Below the pieces are notes generated by a model that ran no database searches, was not told the origin of the DNA, and was given only the letters and a program-made list of their open reading frames with translations. Both the position numbers and the translations under genes were made by a program. A stretch of 64,000 bases of DNA from Verrucomicrobiota bacterium (GTDB taxonomy: Bacteria; Verrucomicrobiota; Verrucomicrobiia; Limisphaerales; UBA9464). Shown in pieces: positions 23,801 to 30,578 of the stretch; position 1 is the first letter of the stretch; the number at the start of each line of letters is the position of its first letter. The stretch spans positions 14,361 through 78,360 of the forward strand of contig JAYUSF010000220.1 in NCBI GenBank assembly GCA_043755815.1, written 5' to 3'.

Positions 23801-25982
23801 CAACGCCGAGATCCGGCACATCCGGCGCGACTTCGACAACTCCGACAGCCCGACCGCCGTAGCCTACACGCCGCTGGGCGACACACTGCTCGTGACGCTC
23901 CAGGGCAACAACCGCGTCGTGGGCCTCGACGCGCTGAACCTGCTCCCGGCCACCGGCTTCAACGCGAACGGTGCCACCGTGACGTCGCCCGCGGTGAAGA
24001 CGCTGGAAGCCGCCACCGGCCTCGCGCCGCAGGGCCTGCTGATTGATCCGGGCGCGCAGCGGATCTTCGTCCAAAACTTCATGGGCCGCAGCGTGACGGT
24101 GCTCGATGGCCATCCGCTGCTGGCCGAGAACCGCACGTCGCTGCCCACGCTGGCCACACCCAACACCGTCGGCACCGAGCTGCTTTCGCCCGCGGTTCTC
24201 ACCGGCAAACGCATCTTCTACAACGCGGCCGACCCGCGCATGAGCGCGGACAGCTATCGCAGTTGCGCGAGTTGCCACGTGGACGGCGGCAGTGATGGGC
24301 GGGTTTGGGATTTCACCGGCCGGGGCGAAGGCTTCCGTCGCACCACCGATCTGCGGGGCCGCTCCGGCACCGGACATGGGAATGTGCATTGGACCGGCAA
24401 TTTCGATGAGATCCAGGACTTTGAGCACGACATCCGCGGCGCGTTCGGTGGGACGGGTTTCCTGAATCTGTCGCCCACGGACTTCGCCGCCAAACATCCG
24501 TCGCCCGCCTCGGCCAAGGCCGGGCTCAGCCCGGACCTCGACGCGCTCGCGGCCTACGTGACCTCGCTGAACCAGGCCACGATCCCGCGCAGTCCGCTTC
24601 GCGCGCCCGACGGTTCGCTCACGGCCGCTGCCGTCACGGGACGCGCCACCTTCCTTTCGCTGAACTGCCAGCAATGCCACGGCGGCGCCGCGCTCACCGA
24701 CAGCGTGGTGGCACCGGTCGGGGCCACGCCGCTGCATGCGGTGGGCACCGCTTCGCAGCTCAGCGGCCAGCGGCTCGGGAAGGCGCTGGTAGGTCTCGAC
24801 ACCCCGACGCTGCGCGGCCTGCACACCGCGAGTTCCTACCTGCACCACGGCCAGGCGGCGACGCTCGCGGAAGTCTTCCGCTACGCCGGCGGCACCGTCC
24901 TCTTCTCGGCCCAGGGACAGTTCATCGGGGCGCCGGCGGTGAACGTGGAAGGCGACAGCCCGGCCCAGGGCGGCGGCGGAATTCTGCGCGGCGCGTGGGG
25001 CGGCACCCTGGTGAATGTCGGCGGCGTTCCCGGCAACGGCGTGCGTTTCGTCAATGTGGACGGCGGGCCGGGCGGACCCGCGCGGATCGGGCTTCGTCAT
25101 ATCCTCCGCGGCATCAGCACCAGCGTGCTGCGGGTCAACGGTGTGGAGCAAAGCCTCCAGTTCCTGCCGCAGTCGCCGAACAACGACTGGATGACCAGCG
25201 GCTGGCGTTGGGTGACGGCTGACATCTCGCTCAATTCCGGGCCGGTGAACACCATCGAAGTCCTCCGCGGCACGCACGAGTTCACCGACTTCCAGCTCAA
25301 TGCGATCCTCGTCTCGCACGCCGGCGATCTGGCTGCGGCCCAGCCGCATGGCGTCGTCGAATCACTTCAGTTGGGGCACCGTGAGGACCTGTTCACCTTC
25401 CTGCGTTCGCTCGACGGCAGTCCGATCCCGGGCCTCGCCACTAACCAGCCGCCCGTCGCGGCGCCGGATGTATTTCCGCGGCTGGCGGGCCGGAGCCTCA
25501 AGATTCCCCTCGCCCAACTGCTCGCGAACGACACCGACGCCGATGGACCTTCCGCGCTTACGATTATCGCCGTCAACCCAGCCTCGGCGAATGGCGTCGG
25601 GCTGACGGTCCAGGACGGCTTCGTGCTCTACGATGCCGGCGGCAACGCCGCGGCCGATACGTTCACCTACACCGTCAGCGACGGCGAAGCCACGGCCCAG
25701 GGCACGGTCACGCTCCAGGTCGAAAATGGCCCCGGCGGGCCGACGCTGAACCTGGTCGCCACCGCGTCCGTGGGCGACGAACGGCACTTCACCGCGGCCG
25801 GCATCCCGGGCCGGAGCTACGCCCTCCAACGCGCCGCCACCGTGAACGGACCTTGGGCCAACGTGCCCGGCGCCGCTGCGGCCGCCGTGGCTTCGGCCAG
25901 CGGTGAAGTGCCTTTGCGCGACCTCGCGCCGCCCGCTGAACCGGTGGCGTTCTATCGGGTCGTAGAGGCGATGGCTCCGTAG
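20811..25982 (+). CDS. large secreted multidomain protein: beta-propeller repeats, Ig-like (SbsA/Big_5-like) and PKD domains, di-haem cytochrome c peroxidase/MauG-like module, cadherin-like domain, FYRV terminal module
   Basis: The maximal ORF is listed. The first ~105-140 codons translate REP-like repeats, so the real start is probably in-frame GTG 21123, TTG 21144 or GTG 21228, ahead of the signal-like VSLALALMPAFAADAP. Domain evidence: FLYVTLSGPGRLRRY / ISGDGQRVLVTRF propeller-type repeats, the PKD-like FTVNAAASGTGALEFRFNFDGTWSDW, two CxxCH motifs, the cadherin-like LLANDTDADG...FTYTVSDGEATAQGTVTLQV, and the tail ...FYRVVEAMAP. Confidence 0.8.
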   Translation: MKKETSVAAGHDSAPVGDEVTRLTCLAVSLLKSAEEARPHPVPLPRGEGIARLNEVTPQALPRTALRSAASGAESRRTLCEVVGRRQRLPLSPSERGERVGERWVLKGLRTLLGSTQRPSGQPGRLPYAGGGWKAAAPGVSLALALMPAFAADAPVSTVGFLNAARPEAPGTLLSHPAANGSATLGRTTTINYVNGWLIIGGEGPGSAEPYDLIKRVYDLADPANPVRRYPLDFGPDYPGNRWIQNTDGWNAHGSAQSGPYLLPLVMRVATFGGPVELGGESGTPNQGEMALGYNRSSQAGPWEATMLWYGTPNQQMQIRRVGLSPGGAAEFHTLATFDHVGAFGGGDWHPMFFGDRLIYARSGGAARDGVVVYRLEYHDPNDDGVPDSVTPHFVSSLPGGFEGYWPNFFSDGTGLYVIGSATDILTSADITAAASAAGGPVVAGPTLTIPGFSNASYPVYQDQFGFIHNRKVNMTQFLAGQGMGAIALTLDEAGTGVDTTQISLPLGNLWITGGYPNPGRTQGMGVWVHQQGPDTNAPTVAFHIPQANRANYPRLAPLSFLLHEHPRHGGLRNGIDFTVRPVAADGTTLGPFVPGYLIHDFAGVITFTPSGGLAAETTYQVDFLADTSDPLNPVGFFDAAGNIIAPYSFRFATGGGVNALPAPQFTGVTASDYQPGPGENFTVNAAASGTGALEFRFNFDGTWSDWAAHPTTNHAYPVAGRQRALAQVRDDSGVVVTEPVNLLVLRPPAGPLPTQSSTLVVGDDGAAGRRVWVVNPDANTVTVLNAASGAVVAEHAVGQNPRSVARDALGRYWMTCLGSDEVRVLNPDGSLAHGLTVPYGSAPFGVAASPDGQFLYVTLSGPGRLRRYSAENPNAAPLETATFPTPRALAISGDGQRVLVTRFISPELDAEVGEFDGTTLASVRTFRLASANPTDNGDRASGVPNYLAGIAIAPDGRRAVVVSKQDNVQRGTFFGVGNLSHETTVRSVLSVLDLQANAEIRHIRRDFDNSDSPTAVAYTPLGDTLLVTLQGNNRVVGLDALNLLPATGFNANGATVTSPAVKTLEAATGLAPQGLLIDPGAQRIFVQNFMGRSVTVLDGHPLLAENRTSLPTLATPNTVGTELLSPAVLTGKRIFYNAADPRMSADSYRSCASCHVDGGSDGRVWDFTGRGEGFRRTTDLRGRSGTGHGNVHWTGNFDEIQDFEHDIRGAFGGTGFLNLSPTDFAAKHPSPASAKAGLSPDLDALAAYVTSLNQATIPRSPLRAPDGSLTAAAVTGRATFLSLNCQQCHGGAALTDSVVAPVGATPLHAVGTASQLSGQRLGKALVGLDTPTLRGLHTASSYLHHGQAATLAEVFRYAGGTVLFSAQGQFIGAPAVNVEGDSPAQGGGGILRGAWGGTLVNVGGVPGNGVRFVNVDGGPGGPARIGLRHILRGISTSVLRVNGVEQSLQFLPQSPNNDWMTSGWRWVTADISLNSGPVNTIEVLRGTHEFTDFQLNAILVSHAGDLAAAQPHGVVESLQLGHREDLFTFLRSLDGSPIPGLATNQPPVAAPDVFPRLAGRSLKIPLAQLLANDTDADGPSALTIIAVNPASANGVGLTVQDGFVLYDAGGNAAADTFTYTVSDGEATAQGTVTLQVENGPGGPTLNLVATASVGDERHFTAAGIPGRSYALQRAATVNGPWANVPGAAAAAVASASGEVPLRDLAPPAEPVAFYRVVEAMAP
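24264..24680 (+). other. di-haem cytochrome c peroxidase (CCP/MauG)-like module inside the large protein
   Basis: There is CASCH at 24264-24278 and CQQCH at 24666-24680, 134 codons apart. The CCP-like context is NAADPRMSADSYRSCASCHVDGGSDGRVWDF and GRATFLSLNCQQCHGGAALTD. Confidence 0.7.
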
Positions 25983-26084
25983 TCCGTTGGGGAATTTATC
26001 GTTATTGAAATAATGAAGCCTTCTTTGTTCACGTCCCGTTGTCTCCGACCTGTGGTGACCAAGGCTGCCGAACCAACACCGCCG

Positions 26085-26264
26085 CCCGGAGGGCTCCTGG
26101 AACTTAGCCGGGGGCAACGACCCCGGATCGGATTCCGCGTCCCGTCGCAACCCGGCAGGGGTGTCGGATGCTCGGACGTTCCACCACCCCTCCAGGGTGG
26201 AATGAACCAACCCGACCCGAGTCCGGGGGCGTTGCCCCCGGCTAAGTTCCGGAGGCCCTCCGGG
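26085..26264. repeat. MITE/REP-like palindromic element with ~43-bp terminal inverted repeats
   Basis: The left arm is cccggagggctcctggaacttagccgggggcaacgaccccgga (26085-26127). The right arm is tccgggggcgttgcccccggctaagttccggaggccctccggg (26222-26264). They are complementary apart from 3-4 mismatches, and the element ends 3 nt before ATG 26268. Confidence 0.8.
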
Positions 26265-26267
26265 CCG

Positions 26268-26963
26268 ATGGCGAGTTTGGCAGTTGCGCTTGGCGTGGGA
26301 CTCCTTAGGGCCGCCGCCGCGGTTGTGGAGTTCGACTCCGGGCCGGTGAACCAGTGGATCCCGGACGACTCGGCGACCGGGATTGCCTCCACGATCAACG
26401 TGGATGATGCCGGCGTCGTCACGGGGGTCAGCGTTCGCTTCGAACTCAGCGTGCCCGCGAACCAGACCGGCTGGCTGGGCGATCTCTACGCCTACCTGCG
26501 GCACGACGACGGTTTTGCCGTGCTGCTCAATCGCCCCGGGCGGACGTCCGTGAATCCCTTCGGTTACGGCGATGTTCAGACCATGAATCTGACCTTCGCC
26601 GACAGCGCGTTCAACGGCGACATCCACGGTTATCGCGCCACGGCGCCGTTGAATGCGTCCGGTTCGCTCGTGGGTCCGTTGCTGGGCGCGTGGGCGCCCG
26701 ACGGCCGCGCGGCTGACCCCGCCATGGCCCTGGACACCATGCCGCGCACCGCGCTCCTCGGCGGCTTCGCCGGCCACAGCCTGAATGGCAACTGGACGCT
26801 GTTCGTCGCCGATCTTTCGAGCGGCGGCCAACACCGCCTCGACCGTTGGGCCTTGGAGTTTGAAGTTCAGCCGACGCCTGTGCCGGAACCCACCCCCTCG
26901 GCGGCGGCGGTGACGGTCGGCTTGCTGCTGTTCGCAGGCTGGCGCAGCCGGAGGCCGCGATGA
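26268..26963 (+). CDS. PEP-CTERM-anchored proprotein-convertase P-domain protein
   Basis: The signal is MASLAVALGVGLLRAAAAV. The P-domain-like core is IPDDSATGIASTINVDDAGVVTGVSVRFEL...GWLGDLYAYLRH...LNGNWTLFVADLSSGGQHRLDRWALEF. The C-terminal sorting tail is VPEP plus TM (AAAVTVGLLLFAGW) plus RSRRPR. The start is set to ATG 26268. The track extension from 26013 translates the palindromic element. Confidence 0.75.
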   Translation: MASLAVALGVGLLRAAAAVVEFDSGPVNQWIPDDSATGIASTINVDDAGVVTGVSVRFELSVPANQTGWLGDLYAYLRHDDGFAVLLNRPGRTSVNPFGYGDVQTMNLTFADSAFNGDIHGYRATAPLNASGSLVGPLLGAWAPDGRAADPAMALDTMPRTALLGGFAGHSLNGNWTLFVADLSSGGQHRLDRWALEFEVQPTPVPEPTPSAAAVTVGLLLFAGWRSRRPR

Positions 26964-27052
26964 GGATCAGCGGACCAAGTGCTGTCCGGCCACGTCCCCT
27001 CGATCCTGGAATCTGGACTTCCCGGCGTTCACCCGCGGTTCACTGTTTTCCC

Positions 27053-28216
27053 ATGAAACTTCTGTTCACACTTCTGACCTCGGTTGGTTTCGCGCTGCAG
27101 GCCGCCGATGACCTCACGCCGTTGTCGGATGAGTTTCGTTCGCCTGCGACGCGCACCAACTGGCAGCGCATCTATCAGACCGAAGGCTGGGGCAACGACG
27201 CGCTGGCCACGTTCGATGTCGGCCAGCAGCGGCCCGGCCGCCTGCTCCTGGTGCCGCACACCAGCAGTTGGTATGCGGAATGGCGCGGCGAACTCACCTA
27301 CAAGACCGTGACCGGCGACTTCGTGATCACGACCGACGTCGAGGTGTCGCGGCGAGGCGGCGGCGGAGCGCCCAACAGCCTGTATTCGCTGGCCGGCATC
27401 ATGGTGCGCTCACCGCGGACGATGACTTTACCCGCGCAGTGGACGCCCGGCGGGCAGAACTACGTCTTCCTCTCCCTCGGGGCGGCCAACACGCCCGGCA
27501 CCTACCAGCACGAGGTGAAGACCACGGTGAACAGCGTCTCGACGTTGGAGATCACGCCCGGCGCTTCGCGGGCCCAGATCCAGGTCGCGCGCATCGGCCG
27601 GCACCTGATCCTGCTGCGGCGGCCTGCCGGCGGAAGCTGGGTCGTGCATCGCCGGTATTCCCGGCCGGATTTCCCGGCGACGTTGCAAGCGGGCCTCACC
27701 GTTTACACCGACTGGCCTAACTGCGAGCGAGTCGGTGCCGCTGCCCAAAACGTCACCGTGCTGACCAACGGAGCCTCACTGCCCGGCGGGGAAACCTTTG
27801 CCGGCGCCAATCCAGATCTTGAGGCGGTGTTCGACTACGTGCGCTACGCCCGTCCGCAGGTGCCGGCCAATCTCGTGGGTGCGGACCTGTCGAAGCCCGC
27901 CGCGGTGAGCGACGCGCAGTTGCACGCCTTCCTTGGAGACGCCGCCCATCAGCCGGCCGTTGCTCTGCGGTTGCACTCCGTGGAGGTGGGCCCGGGAGCG
28001 ACCCGCCTGCGAATCGGCTACGCCAACGGCGAACCGATTGAGGCGCATCGTCTCGACCGGTTGCGGATTTGGGCCACCGCGGCCATCGGGGTTCCACGGG
28101 CGACGTGGCGCGTCCTGCCGGTTCCGGGGCAGTCCGCCGGCGAAGATGCGTTGGTTGAGGATCCGGGCGCGGCTGGAGATGCGGGCCAGTTCTACTCCGC
28201 GGCGGAACTCCCTTAA
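27053..28216 (+). CDS. secreted hypothetical protein, ConA-like/DUF1349-like beta-sandwich N-domain
   Basis: The signal peptide is MKLLFTLLTSVGFALQAADD. The core WYAEWRGELTYKTVTGDFVITTDVEV...YSLAGIMVRSP...NYVFLSLGA...QVARIGRHLILLRR...LQAGLTVYTDW is reminiscent of DUF1349/LamG-type jelly rolls. The assignment is weak. The start is set to ATG 27053. Confidence 0.55.
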   Translation: MKLLFTLLTSVGFALQAADDLTPLSDEFRSPATRTNWQRIYQTEGWGNDALATFDVGQQRPGRLLLVPHTSSWYAEWRGELTYKTVTGDFVITTDVEVSRRGGGGAPNSLYSLAGIMVRSPRTMTLPAQWTPGGQNYVFLSLGAANTPGTYQHEVKTTVNSVSTLEITPGASRAQIQVARIGRHLILLRRPAGGSWVVHRRYSRPDFPATLQAGLTVYTDWPNCERVGAAAQNVTVLTNGASLPGGETFAGANPDLEAVFDYVRYARPQVPANLVGADLSKPAAVSDAQLHAFLGDAAHQPAVALRLHSVEVGPGATRLRIGYANGEPIEAHRLDRLRIWATAAIGVPRATWRVLPVPGQSAGEDALVEDPGAAGDAGQFYSAAELP

Positions 28217-28980
28217 CCGGACGTCAGCAGCTTCGCGGCGGCGAAGAGGGCGAAGACCAACACCAGCGAGTCGAACCATTTCTGCGGCAGGCGGGCCATG
28301 ACGTTCTTGCCGAGGAACAGGCCGCCGACAATCGCGGGCACCAACAGCAGGTTGAAAGTGAGGCTGGGCGTCTGGATGAGGCCGAGCTGGACGCTGAACG
28401 GCACCTTGATCGCGTTGATCAGCAGGAAGAACCACGCCGCCGTCCCGACAAAGGCGTCCTTCGGCAGCGCCACTGCCAGCAGGTAAACCCCCATGACCGG
28501 TCCGGCCGCGTTGGCCAGCATCGTGGTCACACCCGCGATCAGGCCCATCGTCCAGGCGAACCCGGCCGTGTGGGGCACCCGCGCGAAGAGGTCGGGCTTC
28601 CAGTTGCGGCCCAGTTGCACGAGTGCCAGCGCGAGCACGATGCCGCCGATCACCGGATTGAAGCGGGAGGCGGGAATGCCCTGCCGCTGCGTCCAGCCCA
28701 TCATCGCCCAGCCGATCGCCACGCCGATCAGGGCCGGCGGCAGCGTGCGGAACACATGCGGCCACTGCGCGTGCCGGCGGAACAGCAGCACCGCGCCGAT
28801 GTCGCCGGCGACCAGCATGGGCAACACCACGCCGGTCGAGGCGAGGCCGGGGAACAGGTGCGCGAAGATGACCACGTGCAGCAGGCTGATGCCGGGCAAT
28901 CCGCTCTTGGAAACGCCGATGCCCGTCGCCGCGAGGACGGCGAGCAACCACTGGACGACACTGAATTCCGGCAACACCAA
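28213..28980 (-). CDS. TauE/SafE family sulfite/anion exporter (membrane protein)
   Basis: This 255-aa polytopic protein has the duplicated 4-TM pattern and motifs GIGVSKSGLPGISLLHVV and GLIAGVTTMLANAAGPVMGVYLL, typical of TauE/SafE (DUF81). Confidence 0.8.
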   Translation of the reverse strand: MVLPEFSVVQWLLAVLAATGIGVSKSGLPGISLLHVVIFAHLFPGLASTGVVLPMLVAGDIGAVLLFRRHAQWPHVFRTLPPALIGVAIGWAMMGWTQRQGIPASRFNPVIGGIVLALALVQLGRNWKPDLFARVPHTAGFAWTMGLIAGVTTMLANAAGPVMGVYLLAVALPKDAFVGTAAWFFLLINAIKVPFSVQLGLIQTPSLTFNLLLVPAIVGGLFLGKNVMARLPQKWFDSLVLVFALFAAAKLLTSG

Positions 28981-29030
28981 GCGTCGAGCGTTTCAGCCGC
29001 CGGCGCGCGCCGCAAGGATCGCCGCCGGTT

Positions 29031-30578
29031 TCAGAAGCTGGGCCGTGGCCGCGCGAACTTCCACGCCGGGTTCATGCGGTCCACCTGGGCCTGCGTGCGG
29101 TCGTCGCCGAACTGGGTCCAGTAGCGTTGGGCGAAGGGGTTCAAATACGGCCCGAGCGCGTCTTCGTTGTCCACCGTGGCCGGCAGCACGTCGGCCCACC
29201 ACGCGTCATACGCCCGCCGCAGGCGGGCCACCACTTGTGGATGAACCGTGCTGACGTCGCGCCGTTCGCCCGGATCGGCGTGGAGGTCGTAGAGTTCGAC
29301 GCCGTTCACCAGCTTGAAGCGCGTCTCCCGGATGGCGCAGGTCCGATACCTTGCCTCGGCCGCTTCGCCGGCCTCCCAGCGACCGTTGTGAGTCACCAAC
29401 AGCCGGTCGGGCCAAGCCGCGGCCGGATTCGCCAGCAGCGGCAGCAGGCTGCGGCCTTCGACCTGTTTCGCGTAGGGGCTCAGGTCGACGCCGGCAAGTC
29501 CGGCGAAGGTGGCAAAAACGTCGACGTGCGCCGTCAAGGCCGCGCACTCGGTGCCCGCAGGGATGCGGCCCGGCAGCCGCCAGAACGAAGGCACGCGCGT
29601 GCCCCCTTCGTAGGGTGTGCCCTTCATCCCGCGCATGCCGGCGTTGTAGAGACCACCCTCCGAATGGCCGTTGTCGGTCAGGAAGATCACGAGCGTGTTC
29701 GTTGTCAGGCCCCAGGTGTCGAGTTGCGCCAGCAGCCGGCCGAGCGCCGCGTCGAAGTGCGCGATCATCGCATAGTAGTTGACGGCGTTCGTGGAGAGAC
29801 CGCGGCCGCGATAGGGCCCCGCCCATTCCTCGCCGGGGATGACGTAGGGTCCATGGGGTGCGTTGGGCGTGACGTAGGCGAAGAACGGTTTTCCGGTCTG
29901 CCGCCGTTCGCCGATCCAGCGCGCGGCCTGGTCCACGAAGACGTCGGTGCAGTAACCGTGCGTGCGCTCGAACCGGCCATTATGCCAGACCGCGGGATCG
30001 TGATAGCGGTTCCCCGGCGCATCGCCGCAACTGCCCGGATACGACTGCCCGATCCCGCCGCCGCCGTGGATGAACACCTCGTCGAAGCCGCGCCGCTCCG
30101 GGAGGTAGGCGTCTTCGTCGCCGAGATGCCATTTGCCGAAAATGCCCGTCGCGTAGCCGGCGCCGCGCAGCACCTGCGCGATGGTCACGGCACCGAGGTT
30201 CAGGCGTTCGCGCTCGAAGATGGTGTGGGTGATGCCGTTCCGGAATTCGTGCCGGCCGGTGAGCAGCGCCGCGCGGGTCGGGGCACAGGTCGGGCTGACG
30301 TGGAAACCGGTGAAACGAAGGCTTTGCGCGTGCAGGCGATCCAGATTCGGCGTCTTGAGGAGCGGGTTTCCGTGGCAGCCCAGTTCGCCGTAACCCTGAT
30401 CGTCGGTCATCACGAGCAGGATATTGGGTCGGGTGCCGGTTAACCCGGTGGAATGGGCGATTGCCGGCAAACCAAGGAGCAGGCAGAGGCCCGCGACTAT
30501 GCCGGTTGCCAGCCGTCCGAGGCGAAGCGCCAACGGGGCCGCCGGTTGTGGTTGCTCCATGGCAGGCGGCTCGTTCAT
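29031..30578 (-). CDS. Cys-type arylsulfatase (formylglycine-dependent sulfatase family)
   Basis: Evidence includes PNILLVMTDDQGYGELGCHGN and the sulfatase signature SPTCAPTRAALLTGR (C-x-P-x-R). Also present are GKWHLG, LVIFLTDNGHS and KGTPYEGGTRVP. The start is set to ATG 30578, which forms an ATGA overlap with the upstream gene's stop (30575-30578). Confidence 0.9.
   Translation of the reverse strand: MNEPPAMEQPQPAAPLALRLGRLATGIVAGLCLLLGLPAIAHSTGLTGTRPNILLVMTDDQGYGELGCHGNPLLKTPNLDRLHAQSLRFTGFHVSPTCAPTRAALLTGRHEFRNGITHTIFERERLNLGAVTIAQVLRGAGYATGIFGKWHLGDEDAYLPERRGFDEVFIHGGGGIGQSYPGSCGDAPGNRYHDPAVWHNGRFERTHGYCTDVFVDQAARWIGERRQTGKPFFAYVTPNAPHGPYVIPGEEWAGPYRGRGLSTNAVNYYAMIAHFDAALGRLLAQLDTWGLTTNTLVIFLTDNGHSEGGLYNAGMRGMKGTPYEGGTRVPSFWRLPGRIPAGTECAALTAHVDVFATFAGLAGVDLSPYAKQVEGRSLLPLLANPAAAWPDRLLVTHNGRWEAGEAAEARYRTCAIRETRFKLVNGVELYDLHADPGERRDVSTVHPQVVARLRRAYDAWWADVLPATVDNEDALGPYLNPFAQRYWTQFGDDRTQAQVDRMNPAWKFARPRPSF

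Noticed and set aside
26013-26267. An 85-codon N-terminal extension of the P-domain ORF, and the mirror-image ORFs on the opposite strand.
   Set aside because: The extension is a read-through of the 180-bp palindromic element. The mature-looking signal peptide starts at ATG 26268.
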